Assembly: GCA_002633005.1 (NCBI GenBank)
Contig: NMRA01000264.1
Location: 1-64,000, forward strand
From: Phoronis australis
Lineage: Eukaryota; Animalia; Phoronida
Length of the DNA stretch: 64,000 bases
Reading direction: 5' to 3'
A program made the translations under genes and the position numbers. The notes under the pieces are model-generated. The model made no database searches and had not been told where the DNA came from. It worked only from the letters and a program-made list of their open reading frames with translations. Shown piece after piece: positions 13,797-28,063 of this stretch (its first letter is position 1; each line of letters begins with the position of its first letter).

Positions 13797-15017
13797 TAAA
13801 CAAGAACAACGCGGAGCGTTGAAATGCACCCTCGAATGCATCGCATATGGTGTGCTTTTAGGATTATTTATTTGTATCATAAAAATGGCCACTAGATGGT
13901 GCAAAAACGTACAATCCATCCAAAAACGGGAACATGCCATATTTCATTAAAAATCTGTCATGGAACTTCAGAGAAACAAAGGAAAACAGAATAACATGAA
14001 ATTGTCACTTGTGGGCACAGCGTTCGTTGGATCCGCCTGAAAGTCGTCGTCTGTTTTTATCTTCATATAAATACACTTAGTGATACTAAATTTAATAAAG
14101 ATCCTGAAGTGAGTTTAGGAGATGTAGCTATGGACGCAAAACAAAACATAACTACTACTAGGAGGCGCCACACTAGTCAATTGCCATCATCAAACGTCCT
14201 CTTCGCACTGAAAACATATACGCCAATTTTCAAAACTATCCCTAGAATGATTTCGTTGATAGTGGGGTGGACGCCAAAAACAAGATTTGAAAACAGCAAA
14301 AATGGCCACTAGGTCGCCCAGAATACCTCAATTCCATCCAAAAACATAGATGCCTATATTCACAACTTTATGAAAATCTGTTGAGGACCTTTGAAGGTAC
14401 AGACTGGTAAACGTAAAAAACTAAAATTGCCACTAGGGGGCACACCAGTAGTCAGATCTGTCCGAAAGTCGTCGTCGTCCCTTGTCAACATCATATAAAT
14501 ACACTCACTAAATTAAGTAAAGATGCTGCAAACGGTTTAGGAGATACAGTCATGAGCGCAAAAAAGTGCCACTAGGAGGCGTCACAATAGTCAAAGTCGT
14601 CGGAAAATCATCGTCGTACATGCCAATTTTCACAATCATCCTTTGAGCGGTTTGGTTGATACAAAATCGAAAACACCAAAAATGGCCACTAGGTGGCGCA
14701 AACGGAAAGTTAGCCTCATCTCACTGATAGGTGCCTATGTACCAATTTTTATGAAAATCCGTTCACAACTTTTGAAGATACAGAGGTAAACGTAAAAAAA
14801 CTAAAATTGCCACTAGGGGTCACACCAATAGTCGGATCCGCCTAAAAGTTCGCTCATGCCGTCCCATCTACGGAAGAAACACCTGTGCAAAACTTCCTGA
14901 ACATACGTCCAGGCGTTTCGGAGATAGAGCAGCGGACGCCGGACGCCTGACTCCGAACGGATGGACGGAGATTACGGCATAATGAGTTCACATATAAATA
15001 CGTGGGCGTATTTAAAC
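13797..15017 (+). mobile_element. Non-autonomous Helentron/HINE-like element with internal ~120-160 bp subrepeats
   Basis: Starts AAACAAGA, has tandem subrepeats, an (ACGG)-type microsatellite at ~14930-14970 and a 3' imperfect hairpin ATAATG..CACAT..GTGGGCGTAT. It interrupts an array unit, which resumes afterwards. Confidence 0.65.
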
Positions 15018-18000
15018 TATAATCAGGTTCGAAAGAAGTCAATCCCCTCGAAACAATGAACCCATATGATCTGAACTGAAAGCTACAAGTGAGAACAACT
15101 GTGGGCGGAAAGTATGAAATAACGGAATTCATGGCTCCGAAAGTTTACACAAGCCGACAAATAAATAAATCCGAAGATCAACACAAGTCTGAAAGAATAT
15201 TAGTTGTTTTACTATCAGTTTGATAGGGCTGTTTTTAGAAACGTTTTTATTTGCCTGACAGGGTATTTAAAAAAAATAATTCAATGTTACATATCTTGCC
15301 TTCAGGCTTGCGAACCTTCCGAGTATCGAGCTCCATCTTATTTATATTAATGCACTATGACTTGCAAGCTACTTTAAATTTCCTTCTTAATTTTAGTATT
15401 CGGTTGTTAATTTTCAGTCTTTCATCCTTCTTCTTCCGTCTTGGTTATCCGTGGGTCGGATCGTATCGTTGTGGCGTGGGCATGGTAAGTAAATAAACGA
15501 AAACGTTCATTAATATAATTTACAAACAATCGATAAATCAACTATTGTTTTTAATTTGCCACTAGGAAACTAATTCAAAAATCCTTGTCCCTGCCACGGT
15601 AGTAATCGATCACGGGAACCACTGTTCAGCTCCATATGATTTTGGCATTTGGAGAGGAATTCAAATAACACCACTCAGCATGCATTTTGTGACCTTGAAC
15701 GTCGTTTGGATTTATTCATGCTGTATTTCTTGATATGTTAGGATTGGTGTTAGCATGTTAGTCCAACTGTTAGTCGGGATTAAAAAGAGTGTTCGCGTCA
15801 AGGCGAATGTACCAGCAAGACATGTAACAAACGCTTAGTGCAAGCAAATGCTAATAGATATGATGGATGGAGAGATTTATCTATTTGAAGTACATGTGCG
15901 TCATCGCAACCCAAACATTAATACTTTGAGTACAACCCAGTTATCTGGACACCATACATATGTCACAGGTGGGTAACTGTAATTGTGTCAGCCAGACAAA
16001 AATATTATCAATAGCGAAAGTTACACACCTCTATCGCCCTTCATGTATCGGGTAAGACAAGATCTCATGGTGCACGCCTTCACGTAAGAGGCAACTCCTG
16101 GGATTTTTTACCTTTCCGACTGTGGCGTCATTTTGTGTTGGTGGTTCAGCGACATCTTGGCCGGGTGCACTGCCAGTTGTGGCGAGGTCCTGTATGACCA
16201 CAGAAAAAACGTCAACATTTCTTTAACTTTGAAGCTTCAAAATCGTGTACATTTCCCCAACTTTGAAGTTTTATATCTCAGAAATAGCTATCCAGATTTA
16301 TGTAAAACTTCCAAATCCAAGTACTTAAACAACGTTTACACAACGAATTCAAAATAAAATCATGATATTTTATAACATTAATAGTTTTTTGAAATCACGT
16401 CTTGGAACATTTTCATCAAATGAAATTCGAACTTGTTATCGATACCGTTGTTTTGCTATTACTGTGCTTTTCTTTTCTTTTTTGCTAAATTTTGCTTAGG
16501 GAAATATTCTTGTGAGGCAATCATTATGAATATCAGACAAGTAAAAACCGGAATTTCAAATTCTACGTGGGTTTCTAGTTTCAGATAATATAAACATTTA
16601 AGGAGTTAAAATATTTAATTTTGTAAAAAAAATCAAGCTAAAATCCCACCCTTGGCAATAAAGTCCAATCAATCTTCGAGGACGAATTTAACATACATGA
16701 GCCGAGGTGAGTGTATTTCGTATTGTGAAGTATACATTGAAAGAAATTTGGTTAGGAAAGTAAAATGATGCCCCAACAAACTTTTAACTGAAGTGTAAAA
16801 CATTTTAAATGCTTTTTTACTCATGAAAGTTGAACCGTAATACATTTTCAACTCTGTTGTCAGTCGTATTAGTGGTACTGCAGGAACTTTTTGATGCACT
16901 GTAACCCGTCGTGATGTCGTGGTCCTGTATGGTCCCGTAAGGATGATAAACCTTATATTGATGATGTCAACCAATCTACTTTCTGTCACCTGCTTTGCAT
17001 TTTTAGTGTCAATCTTCCAAAATAAAAGCAGGAACCAACTGAAAAAACTCATACTTCCTATCTCATAAATTGCACGTTGTGGTCCTTGACGGGTGGCCTT
17101 TTCCAAAGGTGCTGTGTAACTTGCTAAAAACGTAGGTCACGCTTGCCCGTTTAGCAGAATTTCTTAGAAGTTTTCAAAATTTCCTCCAGACTTTTGAGGG
17201 TTGGCGATCAGATACAAAGCATTATTTTGTTTCAGGGAACTGTATGGGGAAAGGTGTTTTTAGTATGTGTAAGTAGGCCAAAACCGAGTTTGGTATCCTT
17301 TTAATGATAAACAAAGACCAGCTGTTTAACAAATGACAAAGTCGCTCAAATAAAATACAGCTATTAAGACTAAATGTAGTTCACTTCCGAGAAGGAATAT
17401 AATACAGGCGACCCGAACTGAGAGCCTATAGTGTATTTTATATTGACAAGATCTCCCAGTTATACAATTACCAACGCAATTTTTGAGAGACTGCACTGAA
17501 ACTAGTTGAGAAACCGTGTACTTGAATAAAGACGTATTCCTGAAGTAGATTTTTCACTTCGTTTTTCCCAATAAAACAAGCGATCGATCAAGTTTTGATG
17601 GCTCAAATGTGTACACACATGTAGTCAAAACCGGTAACTGTCAGGATGATTTACAGCTGAACGGCACCATATCATTGGCCCTGGTGTCATTCGTGTTAGT
17701 GGTCCTTCTGCACTTTTGGTACACTGTAACTGCTCGCGACGTCAGATCCCGTGTGTAAATGGTACACTAGTCAGCCAAAGTCCACTAGTTCGACGACTTG
17801 CCAAGTCGCTAAAATTGTACAATAAAAGTGATCAACCCTATATGACCTGAATTGAAAACTTCAAGTGAGAAAGAATGTGTACAGAGTTTATATAAAAATT
17901 AAGGTATTCATGGGTCGCAAGGTTTGCAAGTCTAAAAATCCATAAATCTGAAGAAAACCCACCGAAGGTTATAAATTTGAACTTTCATGACACTAGGTTC

Positions 18001-19413
18001 TGAGCAGGGATTTTGAGCAAAACGTTCAGGGATTTATTTGCACACGGCTGCTTAAAACTAGTTCTTCGAAGAGCCTGTGCCTCTCAAAACGGGATCTAAA
18101 CATGAAGTTGGGCGATTCACTGAGTTGCTGTAGTTATTTACATGTTCGAAGTATGGTTTATCGCCGCCAAAATTTTGCTGCTTGGCTGTCGTTGACTTTG
18201 AATCGCCGGTTTCTGGCATCATAGACCTTCGGACTAGTTTCGAACAAACTAGTTTTTCTTTCTGTCGGATTTGTGAACCTTCGGCCTTATAATGCCTTTT
18301 TATTCATTTGTAGTATTATGAGAGTTCGAACTTGTGACACGCAAGCAACGTTAGATTACATAAACCCCTTCTTAATTTTCATCTTCCACCTTTCTTCCGT
18401 CTTGGTTATCCGTGGGTCGCAGCTTGTCGTTTATGTATGGGTATGGCGTGTAAATAGACAAAAACGTGCAGTAATGAAATTTACAGACAATCGGCAAATC
18501 AACTATTGTTTTCAAGTTGACACTTCGAGATTAATTAAAAAATCTACCACGCCAGTTATCGATCACGGGAACCATTGTTCTGATCCATATGTTGGGGGTC
18601 ATCCTGATGTGTTCCGGGTTGTATGTTTCCCGTTTTATGCATATCGGGATTCTACATATGTACGTGTCCCGGGTTCGGTATGACCAGTTTTCAATACATC
18701 GGACAGAGTTCTATGTGTCCTGGTGTGGTAGCTGTGATTGTCCCCCTCTAGAGAATGTCCTAGCTGCATGTATTTGAATGCCCGTGTACTGGCACGTTAA
18801 TCAGTAGATTAGCCGGATGCTTCATTCAAATACACGCAAGTCGGACAATGTCTTCAAGGGGACAATGGCTACTTTCACACCGAGTTCTATGTGTCATTGG
18901 CCAGTGCTCGATGAGCCAAGAAAAATAACATACCCAAGTTCGCCGTTTGCGACCTAGCCGAAATCTCGAAAACTAAAGGCGCTTTTTCAAGAAGTGAGCA
19001 TGCATTCAAAAATTCCAGGAGGCACTGCTTTATCTGACAACGACCAGAATCCAATGCAACCAAGGAGAATGCATAAAAATAACACGTTACTTTATTACTT
19101 GTTGAACTTGTGCCCTAAATCAGGATCGAAAAGCACCTGAAAACTGTCATGTGGGCCTAAATGGCAAGTGTTGCTAAAACTTGCACACTCGTCCGCTTAG
19201 CGTCTGGACTATTATGCAAAACACCGGGACACAAAAACCAGGACAGATAGGATCCGGAGTCCATAAAACGGGACGCTTGTTAGGGCCCGAGTTATTATGG
19301 TGGTACAATTGTTAGTCGGGATTAAAAAGAGCGTTAAATTCAGCAAGTCAAGTAACAAACGTCTAGTACAAGCTAATGATAATACATTTGATAGATGGAT
19401 AGATACATCCATT

Positions 19414-19429
19414 TAACAATAACAATAAC

Positions 19430-19479
<50 letters not shown>

Positions 19480-19486
19480 TAATAAT
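19414..19486. repeat. (AAT)n/(AACAAT)n microsatellite
   Basis: Seen directly. Confidence 0.95.
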
Positions 19487-20859
19487 ATCACTTATTGTAC
19501 ATCGTAGGCTTTGCCTACCCATACAGAAATGCATAAATTCAAATGTATATTCAGAGCATTTACACGGACAGTAGTTCTTCTCTTAAAGCATGATAGTCTT
19601 CTCAGTGAATATCCATTTGAATAAATGTGCGTCATCACGACCTGAACACTAATATATGAGTATAACCCAAAGTACAACTACTGTAAAATACAGCCGACAC
19701 TTAAAACATATACGTATTACAATTACCTGTACACCAAGCAGTTGTCACAGGTGGAGAACTGTAACAGCAATCAGCCAGACAAAAATGTAATTAATGACAA
19801 AGTTACGCACCTGTATCGTCCTTCATGTATCGGGTAAGACATCATCTCATTACGGTGAGCGCTTTCAAGGAAATGGCCGCAATCTGAAACAGCAGGCCGA
19901 CCCACTCAAAGGGAAACATTCAAGGGTCGTGCTATTACTTCTCAGGAGGGGTTATAGCGCTTTCCAATGAACTACGAGCACACCAAGTCATTGAAGTGCA
20001 ACAACCAGACAACCACGTCATTACACAATCCAGATCAATAAACTCGTCTTTTAGAGATACTGAATACCAAAAGAGTGTTCTCAATGGAAAATCGTGCCAC
20101 ATGTCATCTTGCAGTGAAGAAATGGGAGAGATCTTCTAGGGCTTTGCATATGAATGGAAACTTTCAAAAACTAAACCGCATGGGGGCTACGACGAAGTTA
20201 GATGCAGGTCTTCCGTCAGTCTTGATTCGTGAACAGAGATTTGCCCTAGGGGTCGTGGTCTCTCAAACGGATAGGTCGGTGTTTTTGTTTCCTGTCCGTC
20301 AACTTTCGATTCAGGAACTCGTATTGCTTTCCCCTATCAGGCTCTGCCCGCCCGTTTACGCCGTGATTAACGCGAACTCTACCGGTCGCAGCATGGGAAT
20401 ATCCATAGGCAAAAGTGATATGTAAAGTGTTGCTAAAAATCTGTCTACATAGTAAAACAAATTTGTACAACTGTATGCGCGAGTTTTCTATTTAACCTGT
20501 TAAAACGAGTCTTAAAAGCAAAATTAACATCAACAGACGCACGTGTACAACCTGGGAAGGTCATTTATATTGAGAAGTAAATTGTTGAAGGCAATGTATT
20601 CATATGTCTTCACACAGGTCATATGTTGGTCACATCACGTGAAGACATGTCAAACATGTAAATTGTTACTGTGGTACAATTAATTTTCTATGCAACTTAC
20701 AAAAAACAACAATCGAGTTTAACATTATGTAAAATTTGAGCATTTGTTGCAATACTGCATTTGCCCAAGGTTTCATTACAGACCACGTGTCGGATCGAGT
20801 CTACACAGTCACTTGTCTTTGAAAGTTTATTATTGGAATTCATGGTGATTTTTTAAAAA

Positions 20860-23330
20860 CGTAATGACTTTGTAGAATGTATCCATTCTAGTAATGACGA
20901 TGGTATTCTTCTATGTCAAAATGTTTCCGATGTGAAGGTTTTGTGATATGCTGATGATATGGCTTTGTGTATTTAATCTCCAGTTAAACTGCAAAAACTA
21001 CTGTGTGCTTTAAGTAAGTTCTGCCAGGAATGGAGCGTGTCTGTAAATTTAGTGAAGACCAAAGTTATGGTGTTTAGAAACAGAGGTCCCTTGAGAAATT
21101 GCGAGATGTGATATTTTGGAGGTGAAAAACTCGAAGTGATTTCCATGCCAGCTACAAGTATTTTGGTGTTGTGTTCACGCCAAAGTTATTGTGGACTATG
21201 GCTGCTCAGACCCTAGCTGTCAGCCCAAGCCACGAAGGTAGCCATTACAGTCGACAAGCTACAAAGAAGCTGGACCATATTTCAACTACGTGTGGCTTTT
21301 GAGACATTTGATAAAAGAATTTACCCCCAGCTCATGCTATGGAGCCGAAATATGGGTCTTACAAGAATACAACTGGTTAGAACAACTGCAAATTAAATTT
21401 TGCAGGCGTGTATTGGGTGTAGCTAATTCATGCTGAAACAATGCTGCACTGAGCGCATGTCGGCGGTTGCTGTTATTTACTAATCACTATGTTGCCGTGA
21501 TCACGTATTGGTTCAAACTTCTCAAAATGCCTCCTCGCATGACTTTAACCAAAATGGTCGGCACTCCCGAAATTGAGCCACATCACTTAGACTTATACAG
21601 CCGATTTCATAAAGGTGGTTTAAAGTTAAACCTGGTTTAAACTGGACATAGACCAGGCTTAAAGATAATCTGCATTTCATAAAGGTGGCTTAACTTTTAG
21701 ACTAGTGGTCTAGTAAAACCTGGTTTAACTCCAATTTAGACCTGGTCTAAGTCAGTTTTCATTTCACCAACGAAGTCTATCTTCTTTAGATCTGTATTAA
21801 GATCTTAAACCAGGTTTAACTTTAGACTTGGTCAGACCTAGGTTTAACTGTTAAATATGACAGACTTGCATGATATAGGTGCAACTGAATGAGGCCGCGG
21901 TGTGCATTTACGACGCAGCTTTAGAACGAAAATGGACTATTTTCAATATTCAGTTTTACAATGACACAAGATCAAACGTAGCAGGGGCGGATCCACGACT
22001 TTTAAGGAGAGGGGTGTAGGTCAAGGATTTTTAAAAGGGGGGACCAAGTCAACAATTTGAAAGTTATAGATTTGATATCACTAAAATCAAGGAAAAGGGA
22101 GTCCGGACCCATTGACCCCCTTGGATCCGCCTATGTGTAGACCAGTTCGTGCTGGATAGTGTCCTGCGGATTCTTCAGAATACTAGTCGAGCAGAGCGTC
22201 TTCGTTTTAAGCGCTACGGGTTTGACTGAAGACAGCATTTTCTGATTCATCTGAGTTCCACCTCCATTGGTCTCCGATTTAATGTTGTCGGGAAGGGGTC
22301 TTGCTCCCCTTTGGCCGCGAAAAATAAACACTAAAATGGCACGGAAATAAATTTGGACAATTATGATATTAATGCTAATCGTGAGCATGTACTTTAATGT
22401 GTGTATACGTGTGTTGGTCACACACATTACATTTTTCCTCATGAGAAAAGCTTTTACACCTTTTTCGCAAATGTCTGCACTGATTCTACTAGTGTGTGCC
22501 ATTGTATACCCACGTGATCAAGGTTTCATTGAAGCACTTCAATAGTTTCTTTGTTGGGTTGCTTAGATAACTTAAACCTGGTTTTACTAAACCGGCTCCC
22601 TGGTCTAACAAAACCAGGCTTTCAGACTTTTAAACCACGTTGGTGAAATGCAAATTGGGTCTAAAATTAGACCATGTGTAGAAAGACCAGGTTTAAGTCT
22701 TAAGCCTGGTTTTGTTAAACCACCTTTATGAAATCGGCTGATATTGTCAAAGTATGGATTTCAAGAAGTTTGGTTAAATCAAGGTGTTGTGTGGGAAAAT
22801 ATTATTCTGCTAATTTTTGAATAAGGGATTATTATTTGCAAGGATGGAGACAGAGTGTTGAGAGTAATCAAAAGCCGTATTTTTATAATCAAATTACAAA
22901 AGAATTCAAATGGGGAAAATTTAAGTTTGAGTATACCCCGTGCACAAACTGTGTCCATGGCACGTTTTAGTTGTTCTAACCTCAGTCTCATGATTGAAGT
23001 AGCAGGCACATGAATTTAAATACGGCAAACAGAGTGTGTCCCTTCTGCCTCAATGCTGTGAAAGACGAGTATCATTTTCTTCTAAGCTGTGATAAATATT
23101 CTGAACTGAAAGAAAATTATATTGAAGTTTACTACTGGAATATTCCGTCTTTTTTAAGTTCAATAGATTAATGTCAACAAGTGATGATGCTAAATTAGTT
23201 AACCTATGTAAATATGTATTTTGTTCTTTTTGACTCCGTGATAACTTGCTGCACTTTTTTAGAAGTATTTTACATGCTGTTCTTTTGTACAGTGGGCCTG
23301 TGGTCTTTATTACAGAAGTAAATTGATTGA
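20860..23330 (+). mobile_element. 5'-truncated CR1/L2-group LINE remnant, split by a DNA transposon
   Basis: Broken frames give YADDMAL, LQKLLCALSKFCQEWSVSVNLVKTKVMVFRN, YKYFGVVFT and the C-terminal RVCPFCLNAVKDEYHFLLSC. Confidence 0.8.
21598..22740. mobile_element. Non-autonomous TIR element (PIF/Harbinger-like), with a nested small MITE at ~21982-22134
   Basis: Perfect TIR CAGCCGATTTCATAAAGGTGGTTTAA / TTAAACCACCTTTATGAAATCGGCTG, 3-bp TSD ATA (21595-97 and 22741-43) and AAACCTGGTTT subrepeats. The superfamily is inferred from TSD length. Confidence 0.75.
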
Positions 23331-24042
23331 TAATTAAAAATAAAATTTATTACTGCGATGTTGCATTTTAAAGGTACGTGTACCAAAGTTTTCAAAATAG
23401 ACAGACTTCGACAGAACTCTTCCTGGCTATACTACACTTGGATAAACCTCTTGTCGGAATTATTTGTCAGATTAGTCGAACTCTTGTTGGACGTGAACGT
23501 CACACTGCGCCTAGTAACTAACTGTTTGTGAATGGACTAATATGTAGTAAGATCTCGCGATTTCGACTGCTTAAATGGAACAAAAACTGTTGAGTTTTTG
23601 CTGAGATTTATCTAGAATTGAAATGGATTCTTGTCGAAACGAAATGAATATTTAGTAGCCGTTTCTTGCGCCGAAACCCATTTTTTTACATTTTCCAGTT
23701 TATTTTGAAAACTACCTCATGATAGTCTTTGCACCTTTGCATAATATGTCGTATTGTAATTTGTTGGTATGCTTGAGAACATAAAAATAGACTTTTCCAT
23801 GCAGACGTTTTTGTTATAGCAGCGTTACGTAAGTTTTAAAACTTATCTTAAAAACTATCCACCATTTTTGTCCTAATGTGCGTAAGGTTCACCTGCACAA
23901 ATGCAAAAACATGACTTGTTGCGTGCGACTACAGTTTTTTCAAAAATGGGCTCAAAACTCGAGAATTGTCCTGTTTTTTATGAAACAGAAGTCACATAAA
24001 TAACCAAACATCTTACAAAAGCCAAACCAAATACTGCTTTAA

Positions 24043-26133
24043 CAGGCTCGTAGCCAGCATTGCGTGGAGGGTGGATCGAATGTCTAAAACGGTGAATCTT
24101 TTGGTCATATTTCGCAAACGTCGGCCATTTTTTCCGTAGCGCTCTAAGGCAGCTAATCCCAAAAGAAAGGAAATCTGTCTACCCGTCGATGAATCATGGC
24201 GGCTCCATTTTCCTGACATAAGATGGAATTCGTAGATCTAGTCCGAGAAATGAGGATGCTATGACGGTTACCCGCAAAAACGGGACCAAAACTCGGATGT
24301 ATTGTGATCCACAAAGCTCTATTTCTGGATTACTGAGGGTTACCCTCTGCCAAACTTTCGAATAATGCGTGCTTTAAAAGTGAATGATTATACTCCATCT
24401 CATTTACAGACGGAAACATTTAGTATGAGCTCATAGCGTTGGAACTGGGAACAGCCCAGTACTCCGAAGGCAATACTCCAAAGGTTCACAACTCCGAAGG
24501 TTCACGACCCTGAAAATGTGTGAAATTTCGGATTAAGATGTAATTTCTATACTTCCATATTCAAAAACACACATTTCGGTTAAGACACAGTGGCATATCT
24601 ACGTGTGGTAATGATACTGAGAACAACAACCAAGTATTATTAAAAGAAACTTTAACTGTTTGGGTTTCTTGAGCATGCGAAAGTGGGCTCCAAAGCATTT
24701 CTTATGAATACGGGAAAATGAATGCTTACTTGCATTTTGAAAAAAATATGAAGTAGATATATTGGTGAATTATTAATTACGATACATTCACCAAATCCAT
24801 GTCAAGATCGCATCATTTCAGAATGCGACTAAGAAGTTAATCCGTAGCACTTCAACCTCACCCACCACTTCGAAACAGGTACCGGATTGGAACTAAATTT
24901 ACTAAGTTACCCAGGTCCTGCCAATGTTCACCAAATCAGAGAGTCACATCCACTTTTCCCTAATCCGTCCTTAAGTCGCCGCAACCATGAAATGAAATAC
25001 CCCGTGCCACCGATGTTGCCCGTTTTAAAATGAGTCGTTTTAAATTCAGGAGTCGCGATTGTGAATGATTGGAACTGAGCTCATTGGCAAACAAAGCAAT
25101 CAATAGTTTAAGAACTCTTCATTTTTGCACATCCTTAAAATGGTTACTAAATGGACACGTATACAATAGTTTATGAATGTCAGTTCCGCCTCATTACCAG
25201 ACATAACTGTCGGACTTGTGAATCTGGATTCGCAATAGTGAACCTTAGCAGTAAACTTAGAAGAGATATGTAACCTTGGAAATCTCTTCCAACAAGTTTG
25301 TTTGTTGCTCGTGTGAAGTTTGTGAGGTTGTGCACCACTGACAATAATTTACAAGAGAAGAATTTTCTTCGTTGGCCGAAAATTTATTATGTCTTATCTT
25401 AATAACGTGAGCATGCTGGTCAGCGGGTAGTGAAATGTCTGCTTTTCAAGCAACGATAAATGACTGCGTATTGCAGTTACGTGTACTGTATTTAAAAGAA
25501 TGAAAACGCACTCATCACATGCATGTTAATCCACCAATCCACAACTATATCGTGCACTGGCTGAGCAACATATGCGACGCCTTAACTTTCAATTTGAAAA
25601 TTAAACTGAAGAGCTTGCACATCACTCTACACTGGCAACTATACCTAAAAATCAGGTAACAAAGCTGCTGTTTTATTGGTTGATAGATTTTAACCCATTC
25701 ACACACTACTTTTGGGACTCGTCTCGCTGCTCTATAGTTATATACGTTTAGTTACAGGCCCGTATTAGCCTATGGTACACTCACCACGCATGTTCAACGT
25801 GGTAGTCAATGGCTTAACATGAAACGCCTTCTAATCGTCGTCTGTACGAACCTTTCACCTTGTACGCAAACGGCCACTTGACGATGTTGGCCGGATACGG
25901 CCCAAGTCAAATATTAAAGCGATTTAATTCAGAACCAAATTTGAAATTATTAGCAACTTGATTATTATTGTAGTTAGTAGCACCAGTAATATCTAAAACA
26001 ACTTTGTTGATATTGTTTTTCATCTACATGTATATCCTATTCGTAACGGATATGCTGGGGCTGGACCTTTTCTGCGGGAAGAGAGGGTGGGGGGTTCGAT
26101 CGAGCTCCCCAAACCCACCCCGGCTACGCGCTT
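24043..26133 (+). repeat. ~2 kb block homologous to 47945-49880, with CAGGCNCGTAG../..GGCTACGNGC ends (old hAT-like non-autonomous element?)
   Basis: Collinear shared segments, e.g. AAATCCATGTCAAGATCGCA, GATTGGAACTGAGCTC and ATGGTTACTAA. The second copy lies in an intron of a knottin pseudogene. No clear TSD. Confidence 0.55.
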
Positions 26134-26289
26134 ATTCAAGCACTACTTAAACCTAGAATTTTTTTAAAGAAAAGAACGCTAATGTGTTCAGAGTAGTCTC
26201 AACATCAGAAACGATTGCTTTTACAATGCATTGTAATCTGCCTCACAAAACAGCTTTTTACATGAAAAGACAAGACAACTATTCCAGGT

Positions 26290-27307
26290 TCAAGGAGACC
26301 ATGTCCTGCTAAACCAGAGAAATGCTTTCTTCCCACAAGTTTTTGTAAAGGGAAAATAGATTTATTCAAGTGTCAAAGGCTGTTGAAACGTCTGTGGAGT
26401 TATATGGAGACAGAAGATTTTGCCTGATTCTTGGTGTAAAGCAGAGGGGGTGTACATCCCAAAGGTGAAGAAAGACATCAGGACTGGTAATTTTCATAGA
26501 TATAGAGGGAAAAATCTTTTTTGCAGTCATTTTAAGCAGGGTGACGAGTTATCTCCTGAGCAACAAGTTTGTAGATACATCAGTACAGAAGGGTGGAATT
26601 CCAGGATATGCAGGTTGTCTGGAGCGTAATAGTGCCACAACAGAGCTCATTAAAGATGATAAGCGAAACAAGACAGATTTAGCAGTGGTATGGTTGGACA
26701 TGGCAAATGCCTATGGATCGATGACCCACGCACTAATTGAATTGGCAGTGGAGACCTACCATATTCCCAGAGAACTTCGAGATCTCGTTACAAGTTACTC
26801 CCATGGGACTTATATGGGGTTCACAGTCAACGTCTTCACTACAGACTGGTAGCCGCTTGAAAAAGGGACAGTGACAGGGTGCACCATGTCGATCATCCTT
26901 TTTATCATGGCTATGAATGCTATCATCAAGCGGGTTAGGAAAGAGTGTAGAGGACCTTTGTTGCAGGGTAAAAGGACGCCACCTTGCAGAACATTTGTGG
27001 ATGATTTGACAATTACAGCAGGGTTTGCTGTAGGTGCCGCTTGGTTGGTCAAGACACTGGGCGAGCTAGCTAATTGGGCACGCATGAGTTTCAAGGTGGA
27101 GAAGTCTCGTACCTTGTGATTGTAAAGGGAAAAGTCAACCCACGCCACACGTTCAAGATAGGATCAGAGGTCATTCAATCTGGGAGTAGAAAACCAGTTA
27201 AATACTTAGGCAAGTCCCACAGAGGGTCTTTGAAAGATGTGGAGCATGTCAAGGCAGCCATCAAAGAGCTGAATGACAATTTGGTCAAGACTGAGAAGAG
27301 CGGTTAG
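26290..27307 (+). pseudogene. Reverse-transcriptase fragment of an R2-group (Hero-like) non-LTR retrotransposon
   Basis: Motifs WCKAEGVYIPK, VQKGGIPGYAGCLE, VWLDMANAYGS, TGCTMSIILF, FVDDLTI and WARMSFKVEKSR, broken by stops and frameshifts. Confidence 0.85.
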
Positions 27308-28063
27308 ATTCAAGAATATCGGCGCGGGTCATTTATTAATTTGACCTGGGCTTCCCTTCAATTTTCAGAAAAGTTTTTATTTACTGTGTAATATCAAGAG
27401 GACCATATTCTATTAATAAACTAAATGAGACGAATAAAGTGACAAAATTCGTATGCAGCTGTTAACTAATTGTGATTAGTATCGCCGTATTAGAGACAAG
27501 CAATTCAAAGCCTTTTTATGTGAAACTGATGATACTGTTTTTGATTTAACACATTAATGTTTTCCAATTCATGTTGATTGCCCTGGCTTTTTGATAAAAA
27601 ATGTTGGATATGTTTTATAATTTTGAGAGAACCAGTGGATTGAGTATCCACCTCCTGTTCACATGGTTGTAGGTTCGAATCTCATGGGACCCAGCCGCTC
27701 CTCGGCTGGGTCTTAAGTTGTGTTCATATCGATGTGATGTATGTGTATTTTAATACATTTAAAAATGTAAATGGTGTAATGGGCGCCACTGGTGCAACGT
27801 GTATCGAACCACGTGTACCATTTCTTACAATGTTGTCTTGCTACAGACTGCGATTTAATCATACTCTCAACATAACGCACATGACTTTTTTAATTGTTAA
27901 TTTGATATTCGAGACCATATTAGTATAAATTCACGTTGGAAAATCGAAATGTTTTGTTATCATTATGATCATCAGTATTATTATTTTTAGTAGTATTGTT
28001 ATTAATGTTATTATTTGTTATTATTAATTTGTTTCAGGTTCTATTTTTAAGAATCTGTACAAC

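Larger units (their letters stand above)
1110..19850. repeat. Degenerate tandem array of a ~1.8-1.9 kb unit (about 8-9 full or partial copies, interrupted by TEs)
   Basis: Anchor TGGTTATCCG..GGTATGG..TAAATAGACAAAAA recurs at ~1400, 3318, 4269, 6079, 9230, 12851, 15442 and 18403. Other blocks (GTAAGACAGCATCTCATG, CTCAGAAATAGC, GATCTGAATTGAAA, GAAGAGCCAGTGCC) recur in the same order. Confidence 0.9.
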
